Under the pieces are notes generated by a model, which worked only from the letters and a program-made list of their open reading frames with translations, searched no databases and had not been told where the DNA came from. A program made the translations under genes and the position numbers. Below are positions 28,157 to 32,000 of a stretch of 32,000 nt of DNA, one piece after another (the first letter of the stretch is position 1; each line of letters opens with the position of its first letter). The DNA is from Neisseria lactamica NS19 (GTDB lineage: Bacteria > Pseudomonadota > Gammaproteobacteria > Burkholderiales > Neisseriaceae), in NCBI RefSeq assembly GCF_000193795.1, contig NZ_AEPI01000123.1, one strand, 5' to 3'.

Positions 28157-29107
28157 CTATTTATATCTTTCCACTTGGAAATCTTGGCCGTTCTGCAAAA
28201 GCGTAAACGCTATTACCGCCAGTTTCCTCATTATGGCGATTAATATCAGCTTTATATGTTTTCCCTTGTTTTTCAGACGGCCTACAAATTCAGGAAAGGC
28301 ATTGCAACGATATGCAACAAGGGCAGGCATATAAAGGCTTTTCCTTATTTCCGAACTTCCTATTTTTGATATTCTGCTTTTTCCGTTTACGCTTGTTCCT
28401 GATTGAAATTTTCTAGGGTCTAGGCCTAGATAAGCCGTGAACTGTTTTGCATTTTTAAATTCATGTTTTTTATAGGTTGATAACAATACGGCTGTCGCTT
28501 GCTCGCCTATGCCTGTTATTGTTTTCAGCCTTTTGCGAAGGTTGTTATAGCTTGGATTGTCTTTGTAGAACTGGAGTAATTGCTTTTTGACTATATGTAT
28601 TTGTGCTGTCAGGTTTGAAATAGTTGTTTGAATATGGGATTTGATATAGTCGGGTGCTTCGTGTTGTTTGGCTTTTTCTGTTGCGCGTTGCTGTTTCAGA
28701 TAGTCTAAATATCGGGCGATTTCCTGTAATTGCTTCTGTTCTTTTGCTGGCGGTTTCCATGCTTTTAATTTGTGCTTTCTGTCTTGGCAATATTGAGCTA
28801 TCAACTTTGCGTCTTGTTTATCTGTTTTTGATCGTTGTAGTTCTGCTATCGCATATCCTTTTATCTTTCGTGGATTCTCTACGGTAATTGTGTATCGTAA
28901 ATAAAGATATTCGGCTAATGCTTCGTAATATGTGCCTGTTGCTTCGCACACGCAATGAAGCTTATCGGTTACTTTATGACTTTGTAGCCAATTTATTAAT
29001 TGTTCAAATCCTCCTTTGTTGTTCTGAAACTTCTTTTGATGATTTTGACCGTCTGCAATCAAACAGCAATCTATTGTTAGCTTTGAAACGTCAATTCCTA
29101 AGTACAT
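28157..29107 (-). CDS. IS110-family (Piv/irg-like) DEDD recombinase/transposase
   Basis: 316 aa; LGIDVSK, CEATGTYY and KTDKQDAKLIAQYC motifs (RuvC-like DEDD domain); C-terminal ITGIGEQTA...SG.S...RISK.G....R..LYM.A Tnp_20 domain; AT-rich. Confidence 0.9.
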   Translation of the reverse strand: MYLGIDVSKLTIDCCLIADGQNHQKKFQNNKGGFEQLINWLQSHKVTDKLHCVCEATGTYYEALAEYLYLRYTITVENPRKIKGYAIAELQRSKTDKQDAKLIAQYCQDRKHKLKAWKPPAKEQKQLQEIARYLDYLKQQRATEKAKQHEAPDYIKSHIQTTISNLTAQIHIVKKQLLQFYKDNPSYNNLRKRLKTITGIGEQATAVLLSTYKKHEFKNAKQFTAYLGLDPRKFQSGTSVNGKSRISKIGSSEIRKSLYMPALVAYRCNAFPEFVGRLKNKGKHIKLILIAIMRKLAVIAFTLLQNGQDFQVERYK

Positions 29108-29312
29108 GGTTTAACCTTATTAATTCGGGCTTTTTGCCCTAGATAGTGTTCAAACTTAAGATGTACGAAAGCCCACGCTTCTATCTTTCTTACAAGCTGT
29201 ACGCTTTGGCCGTACTTTCGAAGTCGTGGGCTTTACTTGGTGTTTCGTCAAACGCCAAGCCCTCAATGGGCTGATTTACTCATTCAGGGCTTGAAGCTTA
29301 CCGTCTTTGCCG
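29102..29312 (-). ncRNA. Candidate bridge (guide) RNA in the 5' leader of the IS110-type recombinase
   Basis: Two abutting stem/internal-loop/hairpin modules (29168-29234 and 29102-29166). Their loops contain exact 12-nt and 9-nt matches to the element/flank junction at 27985-27999. The 5' end is inferred from a promoter-like TTTACC-17-TAGAAT. Confidence 0.55.
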
Positions 29313-29318
29313 TTTCTG

Positions 29319-29347
29319 ATTCTATTATGGTTACTGGTTTTGGTAAA
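29319..29347 (-). promoter_or_regulatory. Sigma-70-like promoter for the leader RNA/recombinase (minus strand TTTACC-N17-TAGAAT)
   Basis: -35 at 29347-29342 and -10 at 29324-29319, read directly from the minus strand. Confidence 0.45.
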
Positions 29348-29385
29348 TATTTCTGTTGCGACCCGAATGTCTGATTTTTTTAGGC

Positions 29386-29580
29386 GTATCTCAGTCTGGA
29401 ATCACTCCGTTAGTGGGTTTCCGGTATTGAAAAACAGTTCATAAAAAAGGAAAAGGGGGTGTTCGTAAAGATTGGGCAAAAAGCGCGCCCAATCTTTACA
29501 AAGCTTCCCCCTTTTCCTTTTTTCTGCCCTATTTTCCTGCACCTACAACCCCCGAACGAAGCGATTCCAGACTGAGACAC
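29386..29580. repeat. 195-bp compound palindrome with three nested arm pairs
   Basis: Outer GTATCTCAGTCTGGAATC (29386-29403) / GATTCCAGACTGAGACAC (29563-29580), 17/18. Middle AAAAAAGGAAAAGGGGG (29443-29459) / CCCCCTTTTCCTTTTTT (29507-29523), 17/17. Inner GTAAAGATTGGGC (29465-29477) / GCCCAATCTTTAC (29487-29499), 13/13. Confidence 0.85.
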
Positions 29581-29808
29581 TTTAAAAAAAAACAGCCATT
29601 CTAACAGTTAACCCCCTTCACTCAGCTCAAGCCATCCTGAGGGGTAAGGGCTGAAACCGAAAGATTTTTATTTTGAATGAAAGGAACTTTATGACATAGA
29701 TTCAGGCGCAAAAATCAAAGAGCGGTGGGGATAAGCAAAAATCCCCAAGCCTGAGAACAAGGGGATTTTTTGCATTCCTGCCAAGTGTGAAACTTACAGG
29801 AAAATCAA

Positions 29809-29901
29809 ATGCAGATAAATTTGAAATTTGGCAAACTGCTTTTGACTATCACGATTGATATACGGTTTATTCTAGCCGTTATCATACTGATAAGTCAATA
29901 A
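29809..29901 (+). CDS. Speculative 30-aa hydrophobic peptide MQINLKFGKLLLTITIDIRFILAVIILISQ
   Basis: AGGAAA SD 6 nt upstream of the ATG, hairpin terminator 13 nt downstream, antisense to the phage gene direction; no homology recognised. Confidence 0.2.
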   Translation: MQINLKFGKLLLTITIDIRFILAVIILISQ

Positions 29902-29914
29902 CCCACGACAAGAA

Positions 29915-29936
29915 CCGCCCGATTAAGGGCGGTTTT
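29915..29936. terminator. Hairpin CCGCCC-gattaa-GGGCGG-TTTT between Zot (minus) and the small plus-strand ORF
   Basis: Read directly. Confidence 0.5.
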
Positions 29937-30011
29937 CTAATTGAAAACGCCTCCGCCCGAATCTTCAAATATCTTGCCCTTTTCTTCCCAGTTGTCATAC
30001 ATCAAGTTTTG

Positions 30012-31097
30012 TTAGGGCTTTCCGCCCATTACGAGAACTTGGGGCTTGTCCGCTTTCGCGGACTGTGCCGCCTGTTCCGTCCTTTGCTGTTCGTCCTTGT
30101 AGGGATTAAAGGGTAAGCCGTTTCTTGCGTAATCTTTGCACATTGCCTTTGTAATTTCCTTCAAGGGCGTTCCCTGTTGGGAATAACATGTGCAATCTGA
30201 TTTTCCGCCTTCTATGCATCCTACGATTTGCTCAAAGGTTTTTACTTGTCGGACTGTGTTATAAATAGGCTTGCTTTCGGGCTTTTCGGATAAAGTCGGC
30301 ACAAAGTCTTCGGGTTTCAGATTGTCGGAATGCTCAAAAGGCGCTATCTCTGATGATGCCGTCTGCTCCGTCATCGTCTGCACAACGCTTTCTTTTTGTG
30401 CTTCCTGCTCAATCTGGCCGCCTGTGTTTTTGCTGTAAACTTGAAACATACCGTAACTTTTCCAGCCTATAAACCCTATAATCGCAATCAACGCCCAAAC
30501 CGCCCAAGGTACTTTTTTCTTAAACTTTTGGTGTTGGCTTGCGGATTTATAGTATTTGAAGGCTTCTTTAGGCGGTTTCCAACTTGCGACTTCCACGCCG
30601 CTTACACCTGCCGGATTGTCCAACGAGGTTACGCATTTATACCAAGAATACTGTTTCATGCCGATTGCCTTGCGTTCAAGGTGTACATGCTTTGAAACAA
30701 GGTTGCGGACAAATATATCAAGTTGGCTCGGGTGCTGCGTCATCAAAATAACGGTATGCCCGTGATGGCGTAATTCTGTCAGTTCTTGAATATAGGGCGG
30801 AACGGGACGGCCTGCCGCGCGTACCGGGTAAGTGTAGTGCGCTTCGTCAACAATCAGCACCGCGCCTTCCGGTATGACATCACGAAGCGGGGCGGACATG
30901 ATTTGTTCTTCCGTCAGTTCGTGGGCATTGAACTTGCGTTTGTCCAATCCGTCGATATGGCAGAAATAAAGCGGCCTGTCTACTTCCGTGCCGTCTTCCA
31001 ATTTCATTTTGAACAATCCGTCTTCGTTGTTCAAAATCATAGAGACGACACGAGAGGTTTTGCCCGTCCCCATATTTCCCGTAAACAAATAAATCAT
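30012..31097 (-). CDS. Zot-family / filamentous phage assembly ATPase (pI-like)
   Basis: MIYLFTGNMGTGKTS Walker A, VLIVDEAH Walker B, central TM segment WAVWALIAIIGFIGW; typical Zot architecture. Confidence 0.88.
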   Translation of the reverse strand: MIYLFTGNMGTGKTSRVVSMILNNEDGLFKMKLEDGTEVDRPLYFCHIDGLDKRKFNAHELTEEQIMSAPLRDVIPEGAVLIVDEAHYTYPVRAAGRPVPPYIQELTELRHHGHTVILMTQHPSQLDIFVRNLVSKHVHLERKAIGMKQYSWYKCVTSLDNPAGVSGVEVASWKPPKEAFKYYKSASQHQKFKKKVPWAVWALIAIIGFIGWKSYGMFQVYSKNTGGQIEQEAQKESVVQTMTEQTASSEIAPFEHSDNLKPEDFVPTLSEKPESKPIYNTVRQVKTFEQIVGCIEGGKSDCTCYSQQGTPLKEITKAMCKDYARNGLPFNPYKDEQQRTEQAAQSAKADKPQVLVMGGKP

Positions 31098-31106
31098 GTT
31101 TCTGCC

Positions 31107-31397
31107 TTATCTCGGAAAGACAAACGTCAGTTTTTTCAATGCGTGCATACCAATAAAGAATGAAAACGCGCCGAACAGATAGCCCAAACCCTGCCCGAAT
31201 CCCGAAATTAAAAGAAGGTTCAATATGTCGGAAGGCATGGAATTGATCGCGTTGGCCGTGTAATCCTTGAACTTGTTCAGTGCGATGAGATACCCGGCAT
31301 AGGTTACAAATGTCATACCCGTTGCAATGATGATTCTGACAATCAGCATTTTCAGGAGTATGCCTAAAAGTGGAATGAGACCGGCGAGCAATGGCAT
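31107..31397 (-). CDS. Small membrane protein, pVI-like minor coat protein (DUF2523-like)
   Basis: 96 aa with 3 hydrophobic segments. Sits between the pIII-like and pI-like genes as in inoviruses; its start abuts the upstream stop (TAAATG). Confidence 0.55.
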   Translation of the reverse strand: MPLLAGLIPLLGILLKMLIVRIIIATGMTFVTYAGYLIALNKFKDYTANAINSMPSDILNLLLISGFGQGLGYLFGAFSFFIGMHALKKLTFVFPR

Positions 31398-32000
31398 TTA
31401 TTTCCCCCTCAACGAACCGAAAACGACAAAAGCCGACATAATGATAAAGGCGAGCAGTACGGCAAATCGGATTTTTTCCGCAAACACGCATAACGGCTCA
31501 TAGCTTGCCTGATATTGCCTACCGAAAACATGAAAGGTTTTCGGCTGCGGACATACGCCGTTAGACGGTAAAAAGTTATCTGAAGACCATGTTTTATCGT
31601 CTGTAACCTGCGGTATTCTTATATCGTCAAACATGCCGTCTGAAGGTTCGCCCATCTCCTGACAGGCTAGGATTGTCGGGAAATACTTGCATAAAAAACC
31701 ACCGTCTTCGCCTTCTTTCCTTTCTTTGCCGTCCCTGCCGTTTGTGCGTCCCGGAACGGCGGGGGAATCGGGTCTTGTGCCGGGCTGTCCGTCCGTATCG
31801 GGATTTGCATTGGGATTCAAATCGGGGGCGGGTTCGGGATTGGGACGCGTGCCGGGGTGCTCATTGGGGTTCGGGTTGTTTGCAGGGTTTTCGGCGGGCG
31901 ATACTTCGGGCAGCGGCTGTGCGTTCGGTGCTTCCGCGCTTCCGGGGGTTAAATCGGGACGCGGGATTACTTGGACATCCACCGTGGTGTTGCCTTGCGC
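31398..32000 (-). CDS. TspB / pIII-like adsorption protein, C-terminal part (5' end outside window)
   Basis: The frame is open to the window edge. Pro/Asn/Gly-rich linker (PNPNEHPGTRPNPEPAPDLNPNANPDTDGQPGTRP), Cys-containing domain and C-terminal membrane anchor LLAFIIMSAFVVFGSL. Confidence 0.7.
   Translation of the reverse strand, partial: AQGNTTVDVQVIPRPDLTPGSAEAPNAQPLPEVSPAENPANNPNPNEHPGTRPNPEPAPDLNPNANPDTDGQPGTRPDSPAVPGRTNGRDGKERKEGEDGGFLCKYFPTILACQEMGEPSDGMFDDIRIPQVTDDKTWSSDNFLPSNGVCPQPKTFHVFGRQYQASYEPLCVFAEKIRFAVLLAFIIMSAFVVFGSLRGK

Larger units (their letters stand above)
27993..32000 (-). mobile_element. Filamentous (Nf/Inovirus-like) prophage, recombinase-proximal end; continues beyond the window
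   Basis: Co-oriented TspB/pIII-like, pVI-like, Zot/pI, structured intergenic region and IS110-type recombinase, the order reported for neisserial Nf/MDA prophages. Confidence 0.75.

Noticed and set aside
27940-28160. Search for a dRS3 repeat (ATTCCC-N8-GGGAAT) at the filamentous prophage junction
   Set aside because: None is present. The only ATTCCC-containing strings in the window (for example in surE and near 18325) lack the inverted partner.
28545-29142. Small ORFs 28545-28790(-), 28654-28887(+) and 28888-29142(+)
   Set aside because: They are alternate-frame or antisense ORFs inside the AT-rich IS110-type recombinase gene.
27991-29149. The 9-bp direct repeat AGATAGTGT (27991-27999 and 29141-29149) read as a target-site duplication bounding a minimal 1.15-kb IS
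   Set aside because: IS110-family elements are not known for 9-bp duplications. The second copy sits in an internal loop of a structured leader only 33 nt from the ATG. A duplication also would not explain the additional inverted 12-mer match (29181-29192 versus 27985-27996). The guide-RNA interpretation explains both. The alternative remains formally open until the other element end is seen.
29937-30002. 21-codon minus-strand ORF MYDNWEEKGKIFEDSGGGVFN just after Zot
   Set aside because: It is too short to support without conservation data. It could be a coupled small phage gene, but there is no evidence here.
30396-31491. + and - strand alternate-frame ORFs overlapping the Zot and pVI-like genes (30396-30695, 30556-30765, 30786-31163, 30880-31491)
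   Set aside because: They overlap confidently assigned phage genes in other frames or on the other strand and have no domain signal.

Overview
Neisseria-type chromosomal DNA. It has about two dozen copies of the 10-nt DNA uptake sequence (DUS) GCCGTCTGAA/TTCAGACGGC, many as inverted pairs placed like terminators, plus three Correia elements. Positions 1-22.8 kb are a conserved housekeeping block: rluE, cstA plus a ybdD-like gene, an MliC-type lysozyme-inhibitor lipoprotein, a small low-GC islet (lipoprotein plus PD-(D/E)XK/HsdR-N-like protein), a gabD-like dehydrogenase, a 3-TM membrane protein, a TerC-CBS-CorC protein, surE, nlpD, an acyl-CoA thioesterase, recX (apparently frameshifted), gph, NAD-glutamate dehydrogenase, a 4-OT tautomerase, an alaA-like aminotransferase, clpB, trpS and a lipoprotein. 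At 22.85-23.22 kb a small Ala/Lys/Glu-rich lipoprotein gene is destroyed by a Correia element and by the left end of a Mu-like transposable prophage. That prophage (23221-27992) carries an HTH-less S24 repressor fragment, an AT-rich module with two paralogous HTH regulators and an operator-like repeat array, and ner-like, MuA-like and MuB-like genes. A few bp after the MuB-like stop codon a second mobile element begins: one end of an Nf/inovirus-like filamentous prophage that runs off the window. It contains an IS110-family recombinase, about 0.9 kb of structured non-coding DNA, and Zot/pI, pVI-like and TspB/pIII-like genes. The strongest hunt result is in the 5' leader of the IS110-type recombinase. 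It folds into two abutting stem/internal-loop/hairpin modules whose loops carry an exact 12-nt and an exact 9-nt match, on opposite strands and overlapping, to the junction between the filamentous prophage and the Mu-like prophage. That is the signature expected of a bridge (guide) RNA programming integration of a filamentous phage. No rRNA, tRNA or CRISPR array was recognised.
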